Positions 10,375 to 23,320 are shown, numbered from the stretch's first letter. The stretch is DNA of 32,000 nt from Wallemia ichthyophaga EXF-994 (GCF_000400465.1 NW_008806280.1:480001-512000), one strand, 5' to 3'. The notes: generated by a model not told the origin, from the sequence alone. Numbers and translations are program-made.

Positions 10375-10510
10375 ATTGCATTAGCTTCAACAAAAAATTT
10401 TGACTGGAATGCAAAGATTCGCACTAAAGTAAAAAATACTAAAATTTAAATACGATATTCAAAGATGTACATTTCTTGCCTCCCAACAACACTTCACAAA
10501 GAGAAACAAC

Positions 10511-11326
10511 ATGAAGTCAGCAATTTTCCTTGCAGCTCTCCCAGCCGTCATCTTGGCTAACGGCATCTGGATCAAGAACCCTGTCGAGGGTGGAGACGCA
10601 TACTGGCGCATAAAGCACACCAACACCATCAAGTGGGGCGCTGACGGACACGACAACCCAGAAGCCTTCAGTGTTTACCTCAAGAACGACAATCCTAATG
10701 TAGACGGGAACAATCTTGGTATTGCAAACAATGTCAAGACTACTGATGGCTCAACCAAGATTGAAAAGCTTCCAGACTATGTCAAACCAAGGTAGGTGTT
10801 TTGGTATTTTGGGTGTTTCACCTTGTCTCAAACTCATGCTCACACTCACATCTGCAGCGATGGCTGGAGAATCGAATTCGTGCAGGTAGACGACATCAAC
10901 AATGTGTACACATCCTCATCTGACTTCAACATTCGTGAGAAGGACGCACCAAGACCACCAGCACAGGAGGGAAGCGACCACGATGAAATCGACGAGGACA
11001 ACATTGAGGAGTCCAACAATGATGACGACAAGTCTAACAAAGACGACGACAAGTCCAAGACCGAAGATGAAGACGCAAGCAGGACATCCAAGTCATACGT
11101 AAGCTCAGGCACAGCTAGCGTGATGAATATGCCATCTTCCTCAAGCTCCAAGTCATCCTCTTCTACTTCACACTCAATCCCTAACCCTACTCACAATGCG
11201 CCATCAAGCTCCGCAGATCCCGATAGCCAGGCCGCTAACGATGAGGACTCTTCTGCTACAACGGCTGCCGTTTCTTCACTCTTACTCGCTACTCTCTCGC
11301 TCGCTATCGCTACGACTGTTTTTTAA
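10511..11326 (+). CDS. Secreted GPI-anchored Ser/Thr-rich cell-surface protein (Kre9/Knh1-N-like domain), about 249 aa; exons 10511-10791, 10858-11326
   Basis: Signal peptide MKSAIFLAALPAVILA; IWIKNP...TIKW...FSVYL...GWRIEFV...VYTSSSDFNI; acidic and Ser-rich linker; hydrophobic C-terminal GPI signal DSSATTAAVSSLLLATLSLAIATTVF*. Confidence 0.85.
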
Positions 11327-11429
11327 TCAACGTTTACTAATGAATTGTTCTCTTTATATAAATGAATTAATACAATACTTGAAAATTTTTATCAGCAAGA
11401 TGGAAAATTATAACAAGAAAAGACCCCTG

Positions 11430-14400
11430 TCACTTGAATCCAAAGAATGATTTGGTGGTCGACCTCAAGCTCGTGTCGGGTGTGAATGAGCGAGATGGTG
11501 TTGCAGATCTGCTTCCGAGACTAGAAAATATGCTACCTCTGAAGCTTTTCTTGTCGTAAGTGGATTGATTTAAACCTTTAGTAGATGACTGGACACTGTT
11601 TGGACCGTTCTTGTTTTTGGTTGGTGTCGGCAAGCTGTCTTGCCTAGATGCTATACTAGCCATGAGACCAGGCTGTGCCATGCCCTTGCCAGTTGAAGGA
11701 GCTGGAGGTGGTTTGCGGCTTGATGTGTGCAACGCGTGCGCAGATGGCATAGGTGATGCCTTTATTGGCGAAAGCGACTGGCGCGGTTGGTGTTGGTTTG
11801 GTGACGTAACAAGGTTCACTACGTTTGACGTTGTACGTTGTGGTAGTTGAGATGGCGGCGGCGATTGGCGCTCTTCCAAAGCCTGCGCCCATAGTGGCTT
11901 AGGTGGTATGCGTCCTATAATACCCCTCAACTCCTTCACCCACACCTCTTTATCCTCATCTGTGTCACTGAAGAAGTGTAGCTTCTCTTCACCACTCTGG
12001 TCTTGCAGTACGAGCATAAATGATCTCTCGACGCTAGCATCTCCCTCATCCACCCATCCATTCTCGACCGCCTCAGCTGACGCGTTGTTGCAATCTAAGA
12101 CTGCTTTCGCCGTTGCTAAGTCTATAGTGGCGATAGCACGCTTTGTCACTTCGTTGAACACTATAATTCGTCCACCGACTAAGCTATACATCCGACGCCT
12201 CCAAGACTGAAGTCTTTGTCAGTACGATGTTAATACTTTATAACCAAAACTCACAGTGACACCTCCACCGAGCTGAGTGAGAACTGATTGGCATATTTTC
12301 TTCTTATGCCACTGCATTTCTTTCATAGTCTTGACAGTGTGCTCCAAAGACGAAGGCAAATCCTTCTGAACAACACCCGGCAGAGTCGGTATTCCAAGCA
12401 CATGTAAAACCAGTTTACCGACAATGCATTTGGTCACGCTGCCGTCATTCTTGGTGAATTTACCTTCCAGTGGAAGAATGAGCTCGACCATTCTGCCTTG
12501 ACACCTAGGTGCGACTTCATTGTAGATGACTCTCGTACTACCGAAAGTGCCATCTTTCTGCAAAAAGTTAAGCATGGGCTCGGTAGGTTCGACGGCATCA
12601 AGCTCTTCAAATTTAGATTGCTCAATTTGCCTTTCGAGTTGCTCCTGCTGTTCTTGCGCTTTCCTCTTCTCCTTCTTAGGTGAGCTGAATATTGACCTGA
12701 AACCAGATCTGCTCTTCGACGGCGTCGGCGGCTGTGTTGGAGTGGCCATGGCAGGCCTGAAGCGAGGCTGTGGGCGTGGTGGTTGAAGGTGTTCGTCCAT
12801 GCGGCACTTGAATGATAGCGTGAAAAAGAGATTCTTGTTCAATATCAAATCAAACTCTTGTCCCAGTGGGGCCTCTTTCCTCAGAGTAGTGTATGGAGTT
12901 GCGACGTGATTGATACCGTTGTCTAGTGTACAGCAGAAAAATGTTTGTTTGCCAACAGGTATCGGGAGTTCAACATCACGCAATCCAGCAACCTTGACAA
13001 ACACCTTGCCTGTAGCTTCACTGAGAGGCTCCTTATTGCGTACCTCTTTCAGGTGTCGAGAGTACTCATTCATATCAGACGGACGCCTAATTACCTTCCA
13101 TGCTTTACCAGTGTCAATATCACCTGCCTTTGCGTGGTGACTAATCTTGGGCTTTTGCACTGTCTCTTCTTGCGATGAAGCTCTGATAACCTCGTTATGT
13201 TCGAACATTTTGTATTTTCTGTCCGAGTCCTTGAATATCTCTCTCATTTCTCTGTCAAGATCATCACCAAAGTCTCCCTCATTGAGTGCTCCCGGTGTCG
13301 GCAACCCACTAGATGGTCTAAATATCGCTTTCTTCCTTGGTGACTCGACTGCATCTGCCGACACGCTTCGCCGCCTCGATGGACGCTCTCCTCTATCTGC
13401 GCGAGATTTCTTCCGTGATAGCAGAATGGCATTTTCACGATCTTTCAAACTGGCGTTACCACGCATCGATTGCTGTCTCTGTGGGGGAATTGCATCAAGA
13501 TTTGGAGAGACAAAAGGTGCGAAAGATTCCAAGTCTCTTGTTGCTTCCTCATCTTGAGTTGGTGGTTGCAGCTCAGCCTTGAGTTGGGGTTGGGGTTGAG
13601 CTTGAATATGAGGCTGAGGTTGAGGTGGTGCATGTTCCGTCTCTTGGTCTGCCTCTGATGGTGCTGCTGTTTCAGGAGCGCTTGGAAATGCCACGGCCTC
13701 CTCAAACGACTGTCTGTTATGCTTCATTGGGGATGGTGCAACTGCAGCAATAGCAGCCTTGATTGGAGATGGAGGTTGAGAATCGTGTGCATCTGGTGCT
13801 CGAATTTCGGGTGTCTGATGTATTTGTTAGATTGTCATGTAAGCTTGTGCGTCACTTACCAAAACATCTTGAACGTTCTCCTTTTCATGCTCACGTTCAC
13901 GCTCACGCTGAGCCAGCAATGCAGCGTTTGCCTCCTCAGTTTCTCTCTTTTTTCTCATTTTCTCTTGAACAGCCTCCCTGAGGTTGCGGCGTCTATTGAT
14001 ACTTCCAGCTGCATTTGGTGAGATTGGATTGCCCGCGGCGTCGAAGCGAGGTGAAAGGAGTGGTGAGATCAGGCTATTGATGTTCGGTGTGTCGTCTGAA
14101 TGCTCTGATTGTTGAGGCAACGGGTGAGCTCGCTCATGTTCATGTTCGATTTGAGGTACTTTTGGCATCTTTGCAACTTCTTCAGATGGAGGAGAGAGTG
14201 CCCAAAGAGGTGATGAGTGTGGTAACTCTGGCAAGACTGAACGATCCTTTAAGTCATCATCACTTGACTGATCTGGCTCCATTTCAGCAACTTCAGGTTC
14301 TTGCAGCAGCTCAGGTTTATGCTCCTCCGGTTGCTCAATTTCAGGTTCTTGCCGTGGCTGATGCTCATAATCTTGCAATTGTTCTGGTTCAAATTGTTGT

Positions 14401-16349
14401 ATTGTCTTTGGCTTAGACTCTTGTAGCTGTTCAACTTGGAACTCTTGCGCTGGCTCTGGTTTAGACTGACGTGGATGTTTAATTTCAGATTCTAACGACC
14501 GCTCGATTTCGAACTCTTGCGACTGTTCAACTTCGTACTCTTGAGATTGCTCTAAGTCGTACTCCTGCGAGTGCTCTAGCTCAGACTGTTGTAGCTGCTC
14601 TGATTCAGACTCAGGCAGCGCATCCTCTTCCTCTTTAATATGGCTAATCATTGGCTCATCCTTAACCATTTCATGAGAAGCCAATTCGGACAAGTTAGGA
14701 GATGGCATAGACTGTGGTCTACCGATACCCAGCTGACGCATTTTGTTAGGCGTGGTATCCTTGGTAGGTGTTGATTGACGCTTGTTCGTCGAAGTTCTTA
14801 ATGGACTAGTTTTAGAGTACCTGAGCTCCTCAATAGACTTTCTACGATCACTATCTCTTAGCAGCTCATCTTTCAAAATAGAGTCAACCAGGTCTTCCAT
14901 CTGGGTGCGTTCCTGATCGTGGCTCTCGTCTGCGTCTTCATAAGGATGCTCGCCTTGGTCGAACGAGTGGTCGATCACTGACGAGTTCTCATCGTAGTGC
15001 CCGCTATCATCATTTTCATTCTCTGCAAAGTGCCCACTTTCATCTTCTTCGTCGTAGAGACTAGGGGACTCTTCAGGATAGGCGGCCTGATAGCTTGTAT
15101 CAACTTCCAACTCCTCATTTCCAAACTCATGAGGATATTCGTGGGAGTATTCCTCCAAGATACCTTCGTGGGCATAGTCATGAGCGAGTTCGGGTGTATT
15201 TTCGGCGCTATCTTGAGTGGGAGTATGACTCTGTCTGTTTCTACCTAGCGTATGCTGCTCGACTAGTGAGCTAGACGGTGGAGGCATTGGAGGGGTGTCT
15301 TCCCAGCTAGCGCCGACTAGAGCGTCCCGAGCATTCTGCGCGTCATACAGATCAATATCATGCTCCAGATCATGCTCAACTTCCTCATACTCCTCTCCGT
15401 CATCGTATTCGTAGCTACCGTCGAATTCATCCAACCTATCATCATACTCTGGGCTGAATACACCCGTCGCAATGGAATCAGGCTCAGGCTCACGCTCGAA
15501 CTCGTGTATATCAGGGTTTTCTTCGAAAGTGACTGTCTTGCGTCTGGAGAGGGTGCTTCCAGCTGAAGGTGGTCTTTCCTGCTCATATTGATCAAATTGA
15601 TCATATTTATCATATTGCTTTACTTGCTCCTCCTCCTCTACTTTCTTAGAAACAGACAGAGGCTTTGTTTGCGCAACGGTTGGAGTTGGTGGTGAAAAAG
15701 CAGAAGATGGGTGTGCCGGGTGATCAGCTTCCGAGCCAGCGGAGCTGTGGTGCCTCCATGGTGACTGAGTGACGCGTTGAGCGGAAGGAAGGAGGTTGTA
15801 ACCCTTCGATTTCCTAGGCTTAGGCGATGAAGTGCGTTCTTGGACCGTATGGTGGCTTTGAATGTGTCTGTGAGGCGATCTCGATGGATGGAGTCCCAAT
15901 CCCATCGCCGGAGATTCTTCTGGCACCGGTGATGATGTGTAGTCGATCTGTGGAGAAGGGAAATCGTTGGTGTGTTGCTTAAACGGGGAATTCTGGACGA
16001 GGGAGTTGTTTCTGACATGTGAAAAACTCGATGAAGTTCTCCGCTGTGTGGATTGTACGCCTGCACCTGCAGCTACAGCAGCAGCGACAGCAGCGGTTGG
16101 AGACTTAGGAGATGACTTTGGAGACTGCTGAGTTGGTTTGAATAGCCTGTTCGGACTAAACTCCGCGTCTGGTGACATTACTGAGTGCGCCTTGAGCGCT
16201 ATTTTGGATGATGGCTGGTTGCGATTCGACCATCCGCGTGAAGCTGCAGATATGATAGCGTCTCTATCGCGCTCCTTGCGCGTAGGCGTTCCAGGAGACC
16301 GTAGCTGTGGTGAGTTGGATGTTTGCAATGGCTGCGTGGGTGTGGGCAT
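11430..16349 (-). CDS. BUD4: Bud4/Int1/Mid2-like anillin-related protein, about 1608 aa (exons 16349-13860, 13814-12255, 12206-11430)
   Basis: Long disordered N-terminus; anillin-homology (DUF1709-like) region GKVFVKV...CCTLDNGINHVATP...QEFDL; PH domain LTQLGGGVT|SWRRRMYSLVGGRIIVFNEVTK...FFSDTDEDKEVWVKEL. Introns of 45 and 48 nt. Confidence 0.85.
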
Positions 16350-16711
16350 TGTAATGACTGTGATTTGGCTGATGGGTTGTGTTAGTTGGCCAGATTTATA
16401 GAATTCCCTATTGAAAACTCACAAATGCTTCTAATTTACAAGCTTTATTTAAATTTAAAAGCCTTTGAATTTAGATATAACGACTGTTCGCGGTTGAAGA
16501 GGCAGTCGCCAAAAATGAACGCGTAAATCGAGGACGGAAATGGCTATTTTAGCCGTGTAAAATAGTGTTAACTGTATTATGTCCCAGTATATTCCCTCAT
16601 CATACGTATAAAGCGCGTTTACCCCGCGTTGATTCTTTTCACTTTTGCCGCTCCACTGTGTCATGACACCAACGGCATATTAAATTATCGTATAATACAA
16701 GTTACAATTAC

Positions 16712-17661
16712 TCAAATGGTATCATTTATGAAAGCCTCTTTTACGACCTTTCTCACTGTCTCCTTTGGTTGTCCAGATTGCTTAAGTGCCTTGATGTTGA
16801 TCTCCAGTGCACGCGTGACCTCCTCGAGACTCTTCATCGTCAGTTTCTGCGAATCGTCGAGGTATGGCTTCAGTTGTCTTGCTGAATCCCCGTGTATGCC
16901 CTTTTTTGTGCTCGCTATAGGTCCCAGCTGTGCAATCGCAATGTTCAGCATCAGCCAAACTGTGTGCATGAAACTTATAACCTCAAACGGCATAGGTTTG
17001 GCTACTCCTAGCAGCCTCAAAAACCCTGGAATCGGCCGTGTGAGCAAGTGGAGCTCTGTTGTCAGCATTGCGAAGAATAAAGAAAACCGAGTATATGCTG
17101 TGGATTTGTAAGACGCATTGAAGAGCGACATAACCATCATTGAGACAAATGTAGCGAGGTAATACATGAACACAGCAGGAAGACCTCTTTTGATGTAGTC
17201 TTGGAGAGTAATGCAGTGCCTCCATTGCGCTATTGATGGTCCGAATCTGTAACTATTGTAAAAAGCTGAGCAGGGGAAGACGCTGATCAAACACACCTTT
17301 CATAAGCAATCCTTCTCACTGGATCTTGAATCAACTGATAAGATTCACGCGCATGGACAAACATTGTCGTGTCTTTGTTCAATCCGACGCGATCTGGGTG
17401 ATTTTTACGCGCATAAGCCTTCCATGCCTTATTTAGACGCGTATCGTCTGCGTCGATTGGTACATTAAGCAGCTTAAAGACGTTTGGATGATAGCCCCAA
17501 GCCATTTTGATGAATGTGAAAGCAATGTATGCGCCAATAATGGCGCACCTAGCTCTGTATGGATGGTTTGGTGCTGGTTTCACATCCGGTCTGAGCTTGT
17601 AAAATGCCCTGAGAGCGTACGATTCAATGATAGGCGGTGCGAAGTAGAATATAAGATCCAT
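16712..17661 (-). CDS. Membrane-associated J-domain (DnaJ) protein, about 299 aa (exons 17661-17297, 17246-16712)
   Basis: FKLLNVPIDADDTRLNKAWKAYARKNHPDRV (HPD motif), DPVRRIAYER|FGP, flanked by hydrophobic segments. One 50-nt intron. Confidence 0.85.
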
Positions 17662-18164
17662 GTTCTAGCTAAGTGAGCGGGTTAGAAGGGATTCTAAGTG
17701 AGACAGAAAAGGCTCATAAGGTTTGTTGCCATCATAGCGGACTCCTTCACGAAACAGCGTGCCTTATCCACTCACATCCTCACGACATCGCGTACGGAGT
17801 AAAACACGCGTCGCTGAATATAGCGAGTACATAGCTATAACCAAATACGTCCACCCAAATCAACAAGGCTCGGTTGAACGGGCTCGGCTGACTAGGTGAA
17901 GTGTATGAGAGCACCTTTGCCGTAGCTGCTATTGGCCTTGAGCAGCCCAGCCTGAAATGCAGACAGATTCCTATATGATGGATGTATGGCTGCGAGCAAG
18001 CACGTGGGCGTTAGGCGCGACTCACACCACCGGCATCTATTCGGCACGCTGCTCGTGGATCTGGAGCCGCTCTGACCTTTTCCTAATATAATAATCATTG
18101 CCGATAGGACTACTCACCGGGAGATGGCAAGATGGACGTCGCGGAAGAACAGTGAACACGTAAA

Positions 18165-21100
18165 ATGAAATTAGAAACTGGTACGAGAGTGTAAGCGTGG
18201 CGATGTTTTTAATGAGCTATTTAATTTACACCTATTAGCTGGCTCAGGGACTCGGTACACGGATGGATTGGTGCCGCTGTCACTGGAACATCCGCAGGCA
18301 GCAAATCAGATGAATTGGTTCATTTACGGACTTCCAACGGCGTAAGCGGACTCCGCGGAGATTTCATCCCTTAACAAACCACCCAGCCAACTCAAATCGC
18401 TGTCAACAACACAGACGATCATCCACCTCTGCGGAGTTTTACACAGGAGCAGAATTTCGTGGATGATCTCACTCAGCTTCATCTACTAAACGAGCCAAAT
18501 TGTGTGTTTATCGAAACAACCGCGTTTCTTGAACCCCGCTGACAGCTATCAGTGCTTATTACACTAAGAAGCCGTTTCGAGCGCAGAATCATTTATACGT
18601 ACTCAGGATTAGTTCTCGTAGCCCTCAATCCATATGCAGATACCTCAATTTACTCAAACGATCATATACTCCACTACGCCTCCGATAATCCTCCGAGCCA
18701 GCCTCATATCTACTCTGTTGCTCGATCAGCTTACGACGGTATCTGTAACGCAAAGCGCAATCAGACTATCATTGTCAGCGGTGAATCTGGTGCTGGTAAG
18801 ACTGTCTCAGCGAGGCACATCATGCGCTATTTCGCTGTTGCAGGTAAAACCAAGGATAAAAACACCATCACTTCAACAGAAGAGCGCATCTTAGCCACAA
18901 ACCCTGTCATGGAAGCATTTGGTAACGCCAAAACACTCAGGAATAGCAACAGTAGTCGTTTCGGTCGTTACTTGCAGATATACTTTGATGACAAGAGCAG
19001 TATAGTTGGTGCACATATACGCATTTTCTTGCTGGAGAGGTCGAGGCTGGTTTATCAACCGCACAACGAACGTAACACTCACATTTTTTACCAGCTCTGC
19101 GCAGGCCTCAAGACAGACTTTAGTCTCAAGAGGGAGTTGAAGCTCGGTTCGGCTGACGAATACAACTACCTCAATCAAGGCCAGTGTTCTAGACTGCCTG
19201 GCGTTGATGATGCTTTCAACTTTGACATTACTAGGCGTGCCATGACCTCATTAGGTATTGATAACAGTACACAAAAACAAATATTCAGACTACTCGCCGC
19301 ATTGTTGCATTTGGGTAACATCGAAATCAAACAAACTTCTTCTACCAGACAAGATGCATCCGTCTCAATCACCGACTCAAGCCTACTGCATGCCGCAGAG
19401 TTGTTGGGTATATCAGCAATCGCATTTCAAAAAGGATTGATGCATAAAACTATCGGTGTTGGAAGAATAAGAGCTGAATCTGAGAAGATTGTCACGTCGC
19501 TCAATAAAGATCAGGCCACCACTGCGAGAGATTCACTGGGTAGACATATTTATACCAGATTATTCGACTGGCTTGTTATTAAGCTCAATTCTACCCTTCT
19601 TTCAAAAGAGTCTGGTGCCTCGGATAGTGCTCGACAGTTTGTCGGTGTGTTGGACATATACGGCTTTGAGCACTTCCATAAGAACTCCTTTGAGCAGTTC
19701 TGCATCAACTACGCAAACGAAAAGCTGCAGCAGGAGGTGTGTATTTTGCTCATTCAGAGTTGTGCTCCATGAGGTAACACTGACACCTTCACAGTTCTAC
19801 AACCACACCTTTAAACTATCGCAGGAAGAGTATGATCGCGAGGGATTGAAGGTCGCATACATCAATTACCCAGACAACCAACCCTGCATTGAAATGATAG
19901 AATCTAGAGTTGGTTTGCTTGCCCTTCTCGACGAGCAGTGTCGATTGCCTGCAGGCACTGACGCAGGACTGCGCACCAAGATGGATGAAATGCTGCGCTC
20001 GCCTTACAAGAAGGCTTTGTTTTCAGGTAGCAAGAGCAACTCGCTAGGTGCAGGTGCATTCACGGTCGCGCACTACGCCCAAGATGTGACTTACGATGTA
20101 GACGGATTTCTAGAAAAGAATAGAGATTCTGTACCGGAGGAGCACAAAAATCTGCTCAATGAAGCTCAAAATTCATTTGTTAAGGAAGTTTGTACAGCCG
20201 ATCTCACACCGACGACACCGCCAAGCATTGTCTCTACACCTACGCAACCATTGAAAACACCTTTACAAGCAGTTCACTCGCCCCCGTCAAGGTCTAGTGT
20301 AGATGAACTGTCTAGCGCTTTCAGCAAAGGTCATATTCGCTCACCTTCAACAATCCCGCCTAGTTGGCCACCCGCATCGCCTGGCTCGCCGTCTCTCAGC
20401 GCGCCAACTCTGCGTAAACAGCCAACGTTAGGAGGCACATTTAAAATGTCATTGAATAATCTAATGACAACGATAAACGACACTGACACACACTACATAC
20501 GTTGTATCAAACCAGCCAATCAAGAAAACGCATCATGGTCATTCGACAACCAAAAAGTATTATCGCAATTAAGAGCATCTGGCGTGCTCGAAACTATCAG
20601 AATAAGCAGAGCAGGATACCCGTCCAAGATGACATTCGACAAATTTGTTGAAAAGTGGGTGATTTGTTTGAAGTTTATAAGACTGACAATTTTAGATACG
20701 ACATACTGATATCACAACGCGAAACGAAACTTAAATCGAACAACGACAGAAAAGCATCTTTCAAGATACTGGAGGGGACAATCACCAACAAGACACTATA
20801 TGCCATTGGGAGAACTAAGGTGTTTATGCGAGTTGGTGTGTTGGCTCATCTCGACAAATTGCGGTCAATATTGCTAGCAAGGATTGTGGCTATACAAGCC
20901 AGCGCACGCTCGACAATCTCCACCAAGCGCTACATCCGTCACCAAGCCAGCATAGCGGTGGAAGCTAAGCTATATGTAAGCCTGCAAGCCGTATCGCGGA
21001 CCAAGCTAGTCATGCTGCGTGTCGGCGAAGCGCTTACCCAGCGACTGGAAAACGTTCGCATCAGACACGCCGAAAAGGAGCGTTGGGAAAGGAAGGCACT

Positions 21101-21620
21101 CGCGCAAGCTGAAAAAGAGAATGCAAGACTATCAAATGCCTGGATGGCACCTGACGCTAATGTGGATGTGAATGTGAACACAAATTTGGGTGTCCGGCGT
21201 CCGGAGAAGTCCCCAATCAGGTATCAGAACAGCGCTGGTAAGGGTGATGACGAGGAGGTTATTGGGACTGGGAGTGTGGAAGTGCTGGAGCATTCACGTA
21301 AGGTGTTCCACCACGCTAACAAACCCTCTTTTGCAAGCTCATTGGCAAGCTCCCTGACAAGCTCTTCGTCTTATGCTACAGCCTACATGGACGAGATTAT
21401 CCCGCCAACAAAACCTCCCCGAAACGCTGCTAGAAATAGTCGGAACGTGACTCCAAACTCTGATACGAGCTCGCGCACTTCCACCGGCAGAACAAGCTCC
21501 ATCATTAGAGGCCCCACACCAACACCCCCAGAACGCACAACTAGTCTCTCAAACGCTAACGATCCACGAGTTAATAAAAGATCTTCGAGAGGTTTCTCCT
21601 CCCCTTTCTTTATGGGATGA
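18165..21620 (+). CDS. Class V-like myosin with truncated neck and tail, about 1070 aa (exons 18165-18190, 18239-18341, 18387-18501, 18553-19736, 19795-20654, 20696-21620)
   Basis: N-terminal GTRVW...GW (SH3-like), DDLTQLHLLNEPN, P-loop GESGAGKT, switch I NSNSSRFG, switch II LDIYGFE, FEQFCINYANEKLQQE, HYIRCIKP, GVLETIRISRAGYP, GRTKVFMR, two degenerate IQ motifs, and a Ser/Thr/Pro-rich tail. Confidence 0.9.
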
Positions 21621-22331
21621 GTTAGTTGTTTGCTTTTTTTTCGTTCTTTCTATTCACTTTGTTATACCACTGCTCTTACCCAGCTCATATCTTCTTAACT
21701 TGCTTCGTAAACTTGTATCATTTAAGCTGTCATTCATGCACGGATCAGCCAGGTTCTGTGGAGTGTGTTAGAGAAGGCAATTGACAGGGACAGCGCGCAT
21801 AGGTTTCCGAGAAAACAGACCAGTGACGAGGTAGTCACAACCCATGATTTAAGAACAATCCCCAAGACAACCATGGCAAGTAGTTTCAATATCTTCAACT
21901 AGTATCCAGTGTCCACCACGTGTCCTCAAATAAATTTGAAAAACCTGTAAAGAAGGAAAGAATGTGTTGAGGCTGAGCCCATGAATACTCGTCAATTACC
22001 CCCATGTGGATGTGAAAATCTTCAATCTTGACCTCAAACACTCACTTGCTTATCCGGTATGCATCCTCGGTGATTTCTGCGCCTATCAAATATATTTTCC
22101 ACTTGATCCACTTTTAAAGCTACACGAGCGGTCCAAGGCTGAAAAAGAACCAGCTTGTTGCTTGAAAATGGATTTGTAGGTCCACCTAGGCTTCCGCTTT
22201 AATGGGTGAATTGACAAATTCGAATTGTTCAAACATGTTGTTGGTACATTTGTATTAGGGTTTTGAGGGTGTGATAGGGTGTATATATCTTTGTATGTCG
22301 CAAATTGGATTTATCTGTACAAGGTAATAGA

Positions 22332-23320
22332 TTACTCCAAGGATGGTGCAAGTACACGCGGGTCTTCCCTATCGACGCTTCTATCCGTGAATACGCGCCA
22401 TCCACCGTCAATCTTGAGGTCATGGCCATTCATCATCGAGTTGTTAATCAGGAAGGACACTGCACTCTTTCGAAGGGTTAACAGCGCAAAAAATGCCGAA
22501 TCAGACTCACTGAAATCTCTTCAGGCTCAATAGGCCTAGCCGGGAAAGAAGCAGACTTTGAGAGATCCGCGATAAAGTATGGGAGTCTTGCGCCCATCAT
22601 AGCTGAGTTGATGACACTAGGGCTAACTGTATTCACACGAATGCCTGTTGGTTGTCAGAGATAGTAGCAGGCCTCTACTCCCCACCCACCTGAAGGACCG
22701 AGGAAGTCTGCTAGAGCGACTGAGAATGCCGACACGGCCGCCTTGCCGGGGCTATATCCGAGGATGCGCGACGCGGGCTGAGCGCCTGCAATGGAAGAGA
22801 AGTTGATGATAACGCCTCTTTCCTCCTTAGTAGTCCACAATTCGCCCTTCTTCATCTTCTCCGGCTCGTATCGCTCGTTGACTGCATCTGCAAACAATGC
22901 AGAGGTAATATATGTGCCAATCCAATTTATGTCGGTCATCTTGCGCACCCTATCGATCGTGTCGCCCAGTCTGTTGGTCCAGGGCTGGGACATTGACACT
23001 CCAGCGCAGTGTACGAGACCTGAGAGCCTCTTCTCAAAAGCGTTGGATGCAATGCGCATCGCATTCTTGACGCTGTTCTCGTCTGTGATGTTGGTCTGGA
23101 CGTAGATTGCCTTAGTGGTGCTGATACCTGACGCAGCTTCCTCTCCAGCCTTCTGTTCGAGCAGATCTAGTAACACTACATATCCACCTTGGTCTATTAC
23201 GCTTTTCGCAATGGTTTTACCAGCACCTCCGAGGCCGCCAGTTCTGCCATCTTGTTAGATTCTGCGGTGTCTCAGTCGGTCACCCGCTTACACTACAAAT
23301 GTGTTTTTGAGGACTTGCAT
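22332..23320 (-). CDS. Classical short-chain dehydrogenase (3-hydroxyacyl-CoA dehydrogenase type 2/HSD17B10-like), about 283 aa (exons 23320-23292, 23243-22690, 22644-22511, 22466-22332)
   Basis: VV|TGGLGGAG Rossmann motif, LVHCAGV, EERGVIINFSS, YSPGK (YxxxK), GIRVNTVSP, MMNGHDLKIDGGWR. Confidence 0.9.

Noticed and set aside
16515-16630. MCB-like ACGCG(T) sites upstream of BUD4 and at 17806 upstream of the myosin
   Set aside because: ACGCGT is frequent in coding regions of this window (e.g. near 5110, 6683, 11672, 12020, 16811, 24990, 29282), so there is no evident promoter enrichment.
17880-18120. Possible structured ncRNA (RNase P/MRP, SRP, snRNA) or 68-aa ORF in the DnaJ-myosin intergenic region
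   Set aside because: Only GGAAAAGGTCAGAG loosely resembles RNase P CR-I. No matching CR-V, SRP helix-8 or Sm-site motifs were found, and the ORF has no features. An Infernal/Rfam scan would settle it.
22740-22760. Unusual SDR catalytic motif YSPGK instead of YxASK
   Set aside because: The YxxxK spacing and upstream Ser (NFSS) are intact, which is within normal SDR variation.
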